64,000 nucleotides of DNA from an uncultured Actinomycetes bacterium (GTDB lineage Bacteria; Actinomycetota; Thermoleophilia; Gaiellales; JALYLC01), in assembly GCA_963834415.1 (NCBI GenBank), contig CAWIBP010000005.1:205734-269733 (forward strand), in the 5' to 3' direction. Of the stretch, positions 33,829 through 44,688 are shown piece by piece; within the stretch, counting starts at the first letter, position 1; each line of letters starts with the position of its first letter. The notes under the pieces are model-generated. The model was not told the origin of the DNA and made no database searches. It was given only the letters and a program-made list of their open reading frames with translations. The translations under genes and the position numbers were made by a program.

Positions 33829-34915
33829 ATGAAGGTACGACGACATGCCCGTCCCGCCGCTCTTGTGCTCACCGCTGCAATCGTGGCCATCGCGGCCTTC
33901 AGCGCGAGCGCGACCGGCGCCGGCGGCCCGGCACCGGCCACCCCGCCGACGATCGCGGGCACGGCCAAGTCGGGTGAGACCCTGACGGTCACGCCGGGCA
34001 CCTGGGCGACGCCACCGACGAGCGTGGCCTACCAGTGGCAGCGCTGCAGCGACGCCGGCACGGCCTGCGCACCGATCGCGGGCGCCACCGCGACGACCTA
34101 CGTGCCCACCTCGGCCGATGTCGGCAACACCGATCGCGTCGTCGCGACGGCCACCGACGCGGGCGGCACCTCGGACAGCCCGTCCGCGGTGACGGCCGTG
34201 ATCGTCTCGGGCGCCGCGCCGCAGACGCTTACCGCGCCGACCGTGACGGGGACGTTCACCGAGGGCCAGACGCTCGTCGCCACCGACGGCACCTGGTCGG
34301 GTGCCGCGCCGATCGCCTTCACGTACGCGTGGTCGCGCTGCGACGCGACCGGCGGTGCCTGCACCCCGATCACGGGCGCGACGGCCAAGACCTACGTGCT
34401 CGTCGCGGCCGACATCGACAAGACGCTCCGCGTCGCCGTCACGGCCAAGAACACGCCGGGCACCACGACGCAGACCACGGTGCCGACCGCGCCGATCCAG
34501 GCGCTCGCGCCGGCCAGCGCCGTCGCGCTCCCGTCGGGTCGGCAAGTCGATCGAGGCAGCCGACGTCAAGCTGCCGGCCCGGCTCGTGATCGACAAGGTC
34601 TCGTTCTCGCCGAACCCGCTGCGCTCGCGCGCCGCGTTCACCGCCAAGATCCACGTCTCGGACACGCGCGGCTTCGCGGTGCGCAACGTGCTCGTCTTCG
34701 TGCAGGGGCTGCCGTTCGGCCGCGCCTCGACGCCCGCCGAGGCCAAGACCGGCACCGACGGCACGGCGACGCTCACGCTCCAGCCGACGCGCAAGCTGCC
34801 GCTCCAGCAGGGCGCCACGCTCGTCATGTTCGTCCGCGCACGCGTCGCGGACGACAAGCTGATCGCGGGCGTCTCGACCCGCAGGCTCGTGAACCTGCGC
34901 GTCAGCCCCGCCTGA
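33829..34915 (+). CDS. Secreted protein with two Ig-like beta repeats (frameshift near 34540)
   Basis: Signal peptide; two repeats of PTI.GT...G.TL..T.GTW......Y.W.RC...G.AC.PI.GAT..TY....D....RV.VTA; separate basic C-terminal domain. Confidence 0.8.
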
Positions 34916-34920
34916 GCATG

Positions 34921-34956
34921 CGGGGCGCGGCCGATGGCGACATCGGCCGCGCCCCG
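34921..34956. terminator. Probable bidirectional terminator hairpin
   Basis: Perfect 16-bp stem cggggcgcggccgatg-GCGA-catcggccgcgccccg between convergent genes. Confidence 0.8.
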
Positions 34957-34958
34957 GC

Positions 34959-36123
<1,165 letters not shown>

Positions 36124-36127
<4 letters not shown>

Positions 36128-36877
36128 CTCTCGGCCGCAAGCTCGAGCGAGCGCAGCGCCGCCAGCTCGTCGGCGCTCGGCGGCTCGCCGACGGCGAGGC
36201 GCGCGGCGCACGCGAGCGGCCAGCCCGTGGCCTCGCGGGCCCCCTCGGCGGTCACGCCGGGGTGCAGCTCCATCAGCGTCAGCTCCTCGCTCGCGGGGTC
36301 CGGCGCGAGCACGCCGAGGTCGGTGACGACGGCGCTGATGCCGCCGCCGCGCATGCCCAGGCGCGCGCGCGAGCCGGGGCCGTCGCCCTGCCCCACGGTC
36401 GAGCGGAAGTCGAGCTGCGCGACGAACGAGCGGGGGGTCTGGCGAAGCATCACGATCGTCTCGCCGCAGGCGGCGGCGATCTCGGGTGCGCCGCCGGCGC
36501 CGGGCAGGCGCACCGACGGCTGCTCGTAGGGGCCGATCACGGTGCTGTTGAGGTTGCCGTGGCGGTCGATCTGCGCAGCGCCGAGGAAGCCCACGTCGAT
36601 GCGCCCGGCCTGCAGCCAGTAGCTGAAGATCTCCGGCACGGAGACGACGGCGTCGGCGGTCTCGGCGAGCTCGCCGTCGCCGATCGAGAGCGGGAGGTGC
36701 GTCCGGCTTCGCGCCGATCGTGCCGCTCTCGTAGACGAGCACGCAGCGCGGCGCGTGGGTGCGGCGCGCGAGGTTGGCCGCGCGGCTCGGCAGGCCGATG
36801 CCGACGAAGCAGACCGCCCCGTCGCGCAGCCGGCGGGCCGCGGCGACGGCCATCATCTCGTCGCTCGTGTAGCTCAC
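36124..36877 (-). CDS. pcaJ: 3-oxoadipate CoA-transferase beta subunit (CatJ/GctB type; frameshift near 36695)
   Basis: [42 protein letters not shown]. Confidence 0.88.
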
Positions 36878-37722
36878 GATCGCCCTGCGCGCAGGCTCTG
36901 GCGGTAGCCCTCGTGGTCGCCGGTCTCGAGCACGTGGCGGCGCATCCACGCGGCGAAGGCCTCGCGCTCGCGGCTGATCGCGTCCCAGGCGACGTAGAAG
37001 GCGTTGTCGCGATCGTAGAAGCCGTGCGCGTAGGACGGGTGCGCGCCGTTCGGGACGAGTGAGACCGCGGTCACCACCTGCGCGGGGAGCACCATGCCGC
37101 CCGGCCGCAGCACGAGCTCGGGCACGATCTCCTCGACCGTCACGAGCGAGCGACGGGCGGCCAGCACGGCCTCCTTCTGCACGCCGGTGATGCCCCAGAT
37201 CTGGACGTTGCCGGCCTCGTCGGCCTGCTGCGCGTGGATGATCCCGACGTCCGGGCGCAGCGCGCGCACCGCGGCCAGCCGCTCGCCCGTGAACGGGCAG
37301 GTGACTGCGGCGATCGCGCCGCCCGGCGGCAGCCGGCTGCCCTGGTAGCCGCGCAGGACGCCGAATGGCAGACCCGAGGCGCCGGCCGCGTAGGCCGCGG
37401 CCATGCCGGCGTGCGAGTGCTCCTCGAGCTCGAGCGGGGCGGGCCAGCCGTGCTCGACGGCGTCGCGGAAGCGGTGCAGCGAGCCGACGCCGGGGTTGCC
37501 GCCCCAGGCGAACACGAGCTTGCGCGCGCAGCCCATGCCGATCAGCTGGTCGTAGACGACGTCGGGAGTCATGCGCATGAGCGTGAGGTCGCGGCGGCCC
37601 TGCCGCGCGATCTCGTGGCCGGCGGCGTGGGGGATGAGGTGCGTGAAGCCCTCGAGCGCGACGCTGTCGCCGTCGTGTACGAGGCGGGCGACGGCGTCGG
37701 CCAGGGGGAGCGGCTCGGCCAC
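36874..37722 (-). CDS. pcaI: 3-oxoadipate CoA-transferase alpha subunit (CatI/GctA type)
   Basis: [40 protein letters not shown]. Confidence 0.9.
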   Translation of the reverse strand: MAEPLPLADAVARLVHDGDSVALEGFTHLIPHAAGHEIARQGRRDLTLMRMTPDVVYDQLIGMGCARKLVFAWGGNPGVGSLHRFRDAVEHGWPAPLELEEHSHAGMAAAYAAGASGLPFGVLRGYQGSRLPPGGAIAAVTCPFTGERLAAVRALRPDVGIIHAQQADEAGNVQIWGITGVQKEAVLAARRSLVTVEEIVPELVLRPGGMVLPAQVVTAVSLVPNGAHPSYAHGFYDRDNAFYVAWDAISREREAFAAWMRRHVLETGDHEGYRQSLRAGRS

Positions 37723-37724
37723 GG

Positions 37725-38543
37725 TCAGGCCCGCTTCTCGGCCAGGTAGGCGAAGCGCGAGACGCGTCGCTCGCGCGCCAGGATCGCGACCATGTCGAGG
37801 AACCGCTGGCGGTGCGCGAAGGCCTCGGCGCCCTCGATCTCGATCAGCTCGCGGGCGCGTCGCGCGCGGATGCCGACGCGCGCGCGGGCCACGGCGGCCA
37901 CCGTCGCGGTGAGATCGTCGGCCGCGAGCACGTGCAGGCCGGCCGCGGTCAGCAGCCGCTCGTCCTCGCCCGGCGGCGAGTACTCGAAGTAGCCGATGGA
38001 GCTGCGGATCGCGAGCTCGTCGCTCGCCACGATGCCCGTCACCGTGACCGGATCGGTCACGAGCAGGCGGCCGCCGGGGGCGAGCAGGCGCGCCCAGTCG
38101 GCGAACACGCCGGCGCGGCCGGGCAGGTGGTTGAGGGCGTCGAGGCAGAGGATCGCGTCGAAGGAGGCCTCGGCGAACGGCAGCGGCTGCGAGGCGTCGG
38201 CCTGCACGAAGCGCACCTGCGTGGCGAAGCCCGCGGATCTGGCGGCCTCACGCCCGTAAGCCAGGCCGGGGCGCTCGCGGTCGACGCCCGTGACCTCGCA
38301 GCCGCTCGTGCGTGCGAGGTGCAGGCCGGGGCCGCCGGCGCCGCAGGCGACGTCGAGCAGGCGGATGCGCGGCGCGAGCCGGAGCTGGGCGGCGAAGCCC
38401 TCGAGCTCGTCGCGCGTCTGCCAGTTGTTCTGGCCGAGGTCGTCGCCGAACTCCTCGCGGCGGATCGCCGAGTACACCTCGGCCGCGAACTCACCGTAGT
38501 AGGACGCGTAGTGGCCTGCGGCCCGTGGGCTTTCGTCGCTCAC
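37725..38543 (-). CDS. Class I SAM-dependent methyltransferase
   Basis: [34 protein letters not shown]. Confidence 0.88.
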   Translation of the reverse strand: MSDESPRAAGHYASYYGEFAAEVYSAIRREEFGDDLGQNNWQTRDELEGFAAQLRLAPRIRLLDVACGAGGPGLHLARTSGCEVTGVDRERPGLAYGREAARSAGFATQVRFVQADASQPLPFAEASFDAILCLDALNHLPGRAGVFADWARLLAPGGRLLVTDPVTVTGIVASDELAIRSSIGYFEYSPPGEDERLLTAAGLHVLAADDLTATVAAVARARVGIRARRARELIEIEGAEAFAHRQRFLDMVAILARERRVSRFAYLAEKRA

Positions 38544-39133
38544 GTGGAGCCCGCGAACCCCGCGAGCAGCCAACGCGCGGCCGTCTCGAATCGCCGGCTG
38601 TCTCCGTAGGGCCGCGCCACGAGCATCGCGCCCTCGAGCGCGCTGACGACCAGCTGGGCGGCCTCGCGTGGCGCGCCCGCGAATGCGAGCGTTCCGGCGT
38701 CGCGGCCGTCCGCGAGCACGCGCTCGACCCAGCTCTCGTTCTCGTCGAAGAACCCGAGCACCGCTGCGCGCATCGGCTCCGGCAGCGTCTGGTACTCGGC
38801 GGCGAGCATGCCGCACAGGCACATGCGGTGCTCGCGCAGGACGCCTGCATAGAGCTGCGCGTAGGCCTCGAGCTTGGCCGGCGCGTGGCCGGTCGCCGCG
38901 TCGATGCCGGCGAGCGAGGCCGTGAAACGGGTCGAATAGCGCCTGATCAGCGCGCGTCCGAGCTCAGCCTTGCCGGGAAAGTGGTAGTGCAGGCTCGCCG
39001 TCGTGACCGCGAGCTCTGCGGCAACGTCGGCGTAGCTGAAGCCGTTGAAGCCGCGTGTCTGGACGAGCGTCTCGGCGCTGTCGAGGATGCGCGTCGCGGT
39101 GTCGCCGTCGTCCCGTACGCGCGCGCTCGCCAT
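38540..39133 (-). CDS. TetR-family regulator (NemR/LmrA-like)
   Basis: ILDSAETLVQTRGFNGFSYAD, YHFPGK, MCLCGML. Confidence 0.92.
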   Translation of the reverse strand: MASARVRDDGDTATRILDSAETLVQTRGFNGFSYADVAAELAVTTASLHYHFPGKAELGRALIRRYSTRFTASLAGIDAATGHAPAKLEAYAQLYAGVLREHRMCLCGMLAAEYQTLPEPMRAAVLGFFDENESWVERVLADGRDAGTLAFAGAPREAAQLVVSALEGAMLVARPYGDSRRFETAARWLLAGFAGST

Positions 39134-39162
39134 CGCCTCATCCTCCCATACCGGCCGGGCGG

Positions 39163-39191
39163 TTGACACGCTACTTACTAGTAGATAAGAA
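39163..39191 (+). promoter_or_regulatory. Promoter with imperfect palindromic operator, probable site of the adjacent TetR
   Basis: TTGACA at 39163 followed by ctacttACTAGTagataag (TACTAGTA core) between divergent tetR and cupin genes. Confidence 0.6.
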
Positions 39192-39229
39192 TCCGCGGCG
39201 TCAGCCTTCCCGTAAAGGAGTGGCACGCC

Positions 39230-39586
39230 ATGCAGGTGACCGAGCACAAGAGCTTCGAGGCACCCGAGGAGACGCGGCAATTTCCGAACGGCCGCGCCGA
39301 GATCGTGCAGATCGGCGGCGGGGAGGTGGGGCGGCTGATCTTCGCGCCGGGCTGGCGCTGGTCGAACGACGTGCAACCGATTGCGAACACCGCAAGCTGC
39401 GAGGCGCCGCACCTCCAGTACCACGTCAGTGGGCGCCTGGCGATCCGCATGGACGACGGCACCGAGTTCATAGCGGGGCCCGGCGACGTCACCTCGCTGC
39501 CGAGCGGGCATGACGCGTGGGTGGTCGGCGATGAGCCGGTGGTGGTCGTCGACTGGTTCGGCGCCAGCAGCTATGCCCGGGCGTAG
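39230..39586 (+). CDS. Small cupin-domain protein
   Basis: PGWRWS..V.P...T.SC..PH..Y..SG, PGD...LP.GHDAWVVG. Confidence 0.85.
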   Translation: MQVTEHKSFEAPEETRQFPNGRAEIVQIGGGEVGRLIFAPGWRWSNDVQPIANTASCEAPHLQYHVSGRLAIRMDDGTEFIAGPGDVTSLPSGHDAWVVGDEPVVVVDWFGASSYARA

Positions 39587-39619
39587 CGCGGCGAGCGGCG
39601 GTCGGCGGCGCCTCCCGGC

Positions 39620-40783
39620 TCAGGCCAGCAAGGCGCGGTGGCGCGCGAGGCCCGCGAGCAGGGCCTCGATGTCGGCGTGCGTGTTGTAGCAGTGCGCGGA
39701 GACGCGCAGGTTGCCGTCGCGCGATGAGGTGAGGATGCCGTCGGCCGCGAGCGCGGCGACGATCGCGTGCTCGTCGGTGGAGCGGATGGCGACCATCGCG
39801 CCGCGCGACGCGGGGTCGCGCGGGGTGGCGATCTGGCCGCCGAGCCCGTCGACGCCCGCGATCAGTGCCTCGTTGAGCTCGGCGACGTGCACGCGGGTCT
39901 CGGCGATGCCGATCTCGCGCATCAGCTCGATGCCGGCGATCGCGGCGTAGATGCTCGGGATCGGCGGCGTGCCGGCCTGGAAGCGGCGGGCGTCCGGTGC
40001 CGGCGAGTAGTCCTGGATGTCCATCGCGAAGACGTTCTCGTCGGCGAACCAGCCCGTGGCCGTCGGCCGCAGCTGCTCGACGAGGTCGCGGCGGCAGTAC
40101 AGGAAGCCCACGCCCGCGGAGGCGAGCAGGTACTTCAGGGCGCCGGCGACGAGCAGGTCGGCGCCGAGCGCGCGGACGTCGATGGGCATGGTGCCGATCG
40201 CCTGGTACGAGTCGAGCAGCACGAGCGCGCCGCGCTCGTGGGCGAGCTTGATCACGCCTTCGATGTCGATGCAGGCGCCGTTGCGATAGCAGACCTGGGT
40301 GACTGCGACGAGCGCCGTCTGGTCATCGATCGAGGCGTCGAAGGCCTCGAGCGGCACGACGGGCGCGTCGCCCTGTGGCACGTGGCTGATGGTGAAGCCG
40401 CGGTCCTCCTGGGCGTGCCAGATCTGGCCGACGGTGGGGAACTCGAAGTCGGAGACGACGATGCGGTTGCGGCCCTCGCTCGCGCGCAGGCTGCTGGCGA
40501 CGGCGTTGACGCCCGCCGAGACCGAGGCCGTGACGGCGATCTCGTCGTCGTCGGCGCCGATCAGGCCGGCGAAGCTCGCGCGGGCCGTCTCGGTGCGCTC
40601 CATCCAGAACTCCCAGGGAGCGCCCTTCTCGTCCCAGTCGCGCAGGTAGTGCGCATAGGCGTCGCGGACGGCGTCGGAGAGCACGCCCTGCGAGCAGCTG
40701 TTGAGGTAGACCTGGTGCTCGAGCAGGGGGAAGCGGTGCCGGATCGCGTGCGGCAGCGTGTCGCGGCCGGTGGCCGTGGCCAT
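39620..40783 (-). CDS. Class V PLP-dependent enzyme, kynureninase-like
   Basis: YLNSCSQG, EFPT, LLDSYQAIG, GALKYL (PLP Lys), TGWFA, RRFQAGTPP. Confidence 0.8.
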   Translation of the reverse strand: MATATGRDTLPHAIRHRFPLLEHQVYLNSCSQGVLSDAVRDAYAHYLRDWDEKGAPWEFWMERTETARASFAGLIGADDDEIAVTASVSAGVNAVASSLRASEGRNRIVVSDFEFPTVGQIWHAQEDRGFTISHVPQGDAPVVPLEAFDASIDDQTALVAVTQVCYRNGACIDIEGVIKLAHERGALVLLDSYQAIGTMPIDVRALGADLLVAGALKYLLASAGVGFLYCRRDLVEQLRPTATGWFADENVFAMDIQDYSPAPDARRFQAGTPPIPSIYAAIAGIELMREIGIAETRVHVAELNEALIAGVDGLGGQIATPRDPASRGAMVAIRSTDEHAIVAALAADGILTSSRDGNLRVSAHCYNTHADIEALLAGLARHRALLA

Positions 40784-41508
40784 CAGGACTCCTCGGCGTA
40801 GCGGGCGGCGGGGCTGCCCGCCGGCTGGAAGACGCCGAGCACGCGCATGCGCTCGGAGCCCGTGTTCTCGAGGCAATGGACGTGCAGCGGCGGCAGGTAG
40901 ATGCAGGAGCCGGCGCTGATCGGGCGTGTCTCGCCAGCCATGTGCAGGAAGCCCTCGCCGGCGACGACGTAGACGACCTCGTCGTAGGTGTGGCTGTGGT
41001 CGGGGGCGCGGCCGGTGGGGATCTCGCCCAGGAACTGCGTGAAGCCCGCGCAGCCGATCTCGGGGTCGACGAGCAGCCGGAAGGTGCGGCCGACGCCGGC
41101 CTCCTGGTCGGGCTGGGTCGCGAAGTTGACGGTGAACTCGCGGCTGCCGAGCTCCGGCGTGTCGACGGGGGGCGGGGTCGGCGCGTCGACGACGACGGCG
41201 ACGAGCGGGCCCGGGCCGTCGTTCTCGATCGAGTAGGACTCGCCGGAGGCGATGTAGGCGGCCGTATCGGGTGTGAGCTCGTGGTGTCCGAGGCCGTCGA
41301 GGTAGAGCGTGGCTGTACCCGAGAGCACGAACAGGGACTGCTCGTAGCCTCCGCGCGCGGACCCCTGAGAGCGGCCGATGGGAAAGCTCACGATGCTCTG
41401 CACGAGGGCCTTGCAGCCGCACGAGCCGTCGATGGCGGTCCGTGTCTCGACGCCGTCGTTGTCGATGGTCGGTGCCACGTCGGCCTGGTGCACGAGGTGG
41501 CCCGGCAT
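40783..41508 (-). CDS. Bicupin protein
   Basis: Two cupin barrels; the second has HSHTYDE...GEG...H metal motif, the first lacks the His ligands. Confidence 0.8.
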   Translation of the reverse strand: MPGHLVHQADVAPTIDNDGVETRTAIDGSCGCKALVQSIVSFPIGRSQGSARGGYEQSLFVLSGTATLYLDGLGHHELTPDTAAYIASGESYSIENDGPGPLVAVVVDAPTPPPVDTPELGSREFTVNFATQPDQEAGVGRTFRLLVDPEIGCAGFTQFLGEIPTGRAPDHSHTYDEVVYVVAGEGFLHMAGETRPISAGSCIYLPPLHVHCLENTGSERMRVLGVFQPAGSPAARYAEES

Positions 41509-41981
41509 CAGCTCGCCTCGAGCGCCCGGGCCGCAGCGAGCACCTGGCCCGGGTGATCGACGAGATCCTGCTCGCCGGGCGACCAGGTCGCGCGTACGAT
41601 CGCGTCGCGGTCGAGCAGCAGCGTGACGCGGCCGGAGAGCTTGCCGTGCTCGCCGTAGTCCTTGATCAGGCCGAGCCGCTCGGTCAGTGCGCCGTCGGTG
41701 TCGGAGATCAGGGGGAAGCGGAGACCTTCGTCGGCGGTGAAGCAGCGGTGGCTCTCGTCGTCGTCGACGCTGACGCCGACGAGTGCGACGTTGGCTGCGG
41801 CGTACTCGTCGATGCGGCGGTTGAACTCGACCGCCTGGAGGGTGCACACCGGGCTGCCGTCCGACGGATAGAAGTAGACGACAGCGGGCCCCTGCAGCGA
41901 CTCGAGGTCGAGGCTCTGCCCATCGCTCGCTACGAGCTGGCCGACCGGGAACTGTTCCCCGACCTTCACGGAATCCGGCAC
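41508..41981 (-). CDS. bcp: Peroxiredoxin, BCP/PrxQ family
   Basis: VVYFYPSDGSPVCT (PxxxSxxC), GVSVD, FPLISD, RVTLLLD. Confidence 0.85.
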   Translation of the reverse strand: MPDSVKVGEQFPVGQLVASDGQSLDLESLQGPAVVYFYPSDGSPVCTLQAVEFNRRIDEYAAANVALVGVSVDDDESHRCFTADEGLRFPLISDTDGALTERLGLIKDYGEHGKLSGRVTLLLDRDAIVRATWSPGEQDLVDHPGQVLAAARALEAS

Positions 41982-41994
41982 GAAGTACTCCCTT

Positions 41995-42030
41995 TTGATC
42001 AAACCTGTGTCGTCCCGATCGTACTTGCAA
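41995..42030 (-). promoter_or_regulatory. Promoter with TTTGATCAAA palindrome abutting the -10
   Basis: Minus strand TTGCAA-N17-CAGGTT-TGATCAAA, then aagggag RBS. Confidence 0.55.
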
Positions 42031-42053
42031 GCCGGTTTCCCACGGTCCCGCCG

Positions 42054-43193
42054 CTAGCTGGGCGGTGCGTGTGGCTGGTTCGACGTGACCGCGCGGCCGC
42101 CGGCGTCGTTGAATGTGGGGTTCTCGGCCGGTCCGTGGGCGTGGATGTGGTGGTCGTGGAGGTGCTTGTGGTGGCGGTGGCAGAGCAGGATCAGGTTGGC
42201 GAGCACGGTCTCGCCGCCGAGCTCGGCGGGGACGAGGTGGTGGGCGTCGAGCTTGCGCGTGGACGTGCAGCCGGGGTACTGGCAGTGACCTGAGCGCTTG
42301 AGCGTTGCGCGTCGCTGCGCGTAGCTCGCGCAGCGTCCGACGCGTGAGTGGATGAGGTCGCTGCCGTGGGGCTTGATCGTGAGCCGGCGGGCGTCGCAGG
42401 TGAGCAGCGCGGCGGTCTCGGGGCTGATCGGGCCGGCGCCTTCGAGCAGCGGCGGGGTGCCGTCGTCGCTGAGGTGCACGATCACGGTGGTCTGGCTGCG
42501 CCGCGCGCCGTCTCCGCCCGCGCCCGCGCCCGCGCCGGCGCGGTCGGCGAGCGTGACGAGTGCGTCGGCGGCGGACTGCTGCCAGCCGAGCACGACGCCG
42601 GACTGCTTGTCGTCAGCGCGCTGCGTGCACGCGATACTCCAGATCGCCTGTTCGAACGCGAGGCCTTGCTCGAGCGGGAGGCGGCCGTTGATCGCGAGCT
42701 CGCGATTGCCGTTCGTCCAGGTCGTGCTCAGCGAGCGCCGCGCGTACAGCTCGGCGTCGTCATCGCGCTCGGGCGGCGCGAGCGTGCGCGCGACGAGCGC
42801 GATCTGCGATGGTGCCTTCCCGACCGCGACCCGCGCGAGCTCGGCGTCGGTCGCGGGGGTCGCGAAGCGGGTGGCGGCGGCGACCTGATCGAGCGTCAGC
42901 GCGCCGGTGCTGAGCGCCTCGTCGAGCGCCGGCAACGCGCGCAACGCCTCGGCCGTCTTCGTGATCCGCGCCGCGGTGCGGAACTCGCTGCGCGCGGTCT
43001 GCGCGAGCCAGGCCGCGCCCGAGGCGCAGCCGGCGGCCTGCCAGTCACCGGCATCACCGGCCGCACGCGCGATCTCGGTCAGCTCGTGATCGATCCGCGC
43101 ACGCTCCGCAGAGAGCGCCCGCACCCGCCGCACACGCGCATCGCGCGCACGCGACAACACCAGGTCGACCGTCTCATCATGCAAAGCGAACAT
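42054..43193 (-). CDS. DUF222 + HNH endonuclease protein (13E12/Rv1128c-like)
   Basis: C-terminal CQYPGC...DAHH.....GGET.LANL.LLC.RHH.H.H; N-terminal DUF222-like region with ADAL and CDA motifs. Confidence 0.88.
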   Translation of the reverse strand: MFALHDETVDLVLSRARDARVRRVRALSAERARIDHELTEIARAAGDAGDWQAAGCASGAAWLAQTARSEFRTAARITKTAEALRALPALDEALSTGALTLDQVAAATRFATPATDAELARVAVGKAPSQIALVARTLAPPERDDDAELYARRSLSTTWTNGNRELAINGRLPLEQGLAFEQAIWSIACTQRADDKQSGVVLGWQQSAADALVTLADRAGAGAGAGGDGARRSQTTVIVHLSDDGTPPLLEGAGPISPETAALLTCDARRLTIKPHGSDLIHSRVGRCASYAQRRATLKRSGHCQYPGCTSTRKLDAHHLVPAELGGETVLANLILLCHRHHKHLHDHHIHAHGPAENPTFNDAGGRAVTSNQPHAPPS

Positions 43194-43200
43194 TTGTTCG
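43187..43200. promoter_or_regulatory. LexA (SOS) box overlapping the HNH gene start
   Basis: CGAAC-ATTT-GTTCG; TACATT -10 on the minus strand 8 nt upstream of the ATG. Confidence 0.8.
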
Positions 43201-43531
43201 TAATGTACCCGACGAGGACCCGCAACATGTGCCGAGATTGTGCCGATATGCGGGGCTTTCGACCCCCACATCCGTCACGCGGAGCACACCACCCGCCCGC
43301 ACCAACCACCCTCCCAGCCGATGCCCGGAGACGCCGACACCCACCGACCCGCAACGCGGGAGCACCACGAAGACCCCGCTTCACAGGATCCAGCCACAAG
43401 CCACGCCGCCGACCCAGCCAGATACAAGAATCAGAGACCCCTCATCCAGCGGCGCCGCGCCCGCACCAGCCCTCAACCCCGCCGCGCAACCAGCTCTGCA
43501 TCGGCGGCGGCACGCAATGTCAGGTTCTCGG

Positions 43532-43668
43532 CCCCGCGAACGCGCCGCGATGCACGCTCGGGCGTCAGACCCCAAACGCGCACCGCCTCAGGCGACCGCC
43601 ACCCCGCGAACGCGCCGCGATGCACCCTCGGCGTCCGACCCCCGAACGCCCACCGCCTCGGACGGCCG
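43532..43668. repeat. Imperfect 70-bp tandem duplication in intergenic DNA
   Basis: ccccgcgaacgcgccgcgatgcac at 43532 and 43602, each followed by ggcgtc(a/c)gacccc...caccgcctc. Confidence 0.8.
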
Positions 43669-43735
43669 TGCTCCCCTGACCGACTGCCCAAGAGCCAGCC
43701 ACCCTCCGAGCAGCCACCCCCCCGGGCGCCAGCGC

Positions 43736-44688
43736 CTACTCCGGAGTCCCACCCTCCAGGATCCGCACCAGCCGCCCCGCGTCGATGTTCCCGCCGGAGA
43801 CGATGCAGACGACCTTCCCGCCGCCACCCTTCCCGGCCAGCGCGGCCGCGAGCGAGAGCGCGCCCGCGCCCTCCGGCGTGACCCGCGCGCGCTCGATCAT
43901 GAGGCGCACCGCGGCGGCGGTCTCGTCGAGCGTCACGGAGACGGCGCCGTCCACCAGCTCCTGCGCGAGACCCCACATCTTCGGCAGCAGCGCGCGGCTG
44001 CCCGAGCCGTCGACGAACGAGGGCGCGAAGTCGACCGCGAGCGACTCGCTGCGCGGGCAGCGAGGCGGTCAGGGGCGCGCCCGTGGCGGGCTCCACCGCG
44101 ATCACCTTCGTGCCCGGCTTGGCCTGACGCAGCGCGCTGGCGATGCCGCAGGTCAGGCCGCCGCCGCCCCACGGGACGAGCACGGCGTCGACGTCGGGCA
44201 GGTCCTCGAGGATCTCGAGGCCGATCGTGCCGTTGCCGGCCATCACGCCGTCGTCGAGCACCGGATGCACGAAGTAGCCCTCGGCGCCGGGGTGCTCGGA
44301 GGTCATGATCGCGTTCCACCAGGCCTCGAAGGGCACGCGCAGCGACGCTGCCGCCGAGCCGCTCGATCGCGTCGATCTTGGTCTGCGGCGCGGTCTCCGG
44401 CACCACGACGGTGCAGGGGATGCCGCGCTCGCGCGCGCCCCACGCGACGCCCTGGGCCATGTTGCCCGCGCTCGCAGTCACGACGCCCGCCGCGAGCGCG
44501 CCGGGCGGCGCCTCGGCCATCGCGTTGAGCGCGCCGCGGATCTTGAACGAGCCGATCGGCTGCAGGCACTCGAGCTTGAGCCAGATCTCGGCCGGCGCGT
44601 CGTCGAGGCGCAGCCGCACGAGCGGCGTGCGCACCGCCGAGCCCGCGAGCGTCTCGCGCGCGCGGGCGATCGAAGCGAGCGGGATCAC
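43736..44688 (-). CDS. Threonine/serine dehydratase family, PLP fold II (frameshifted)
   Basis: LKLECLQPIGSFKIRGA, SAGNMAQG, PWGGGGL, EGAGA, VSGGNID. Confidence 0.9.

Noticed and set aside
43532-43668. CRISPR array
   Set aside because: Only two contiguous 70-bp units, no repeat-spacer structure and no cas genes.
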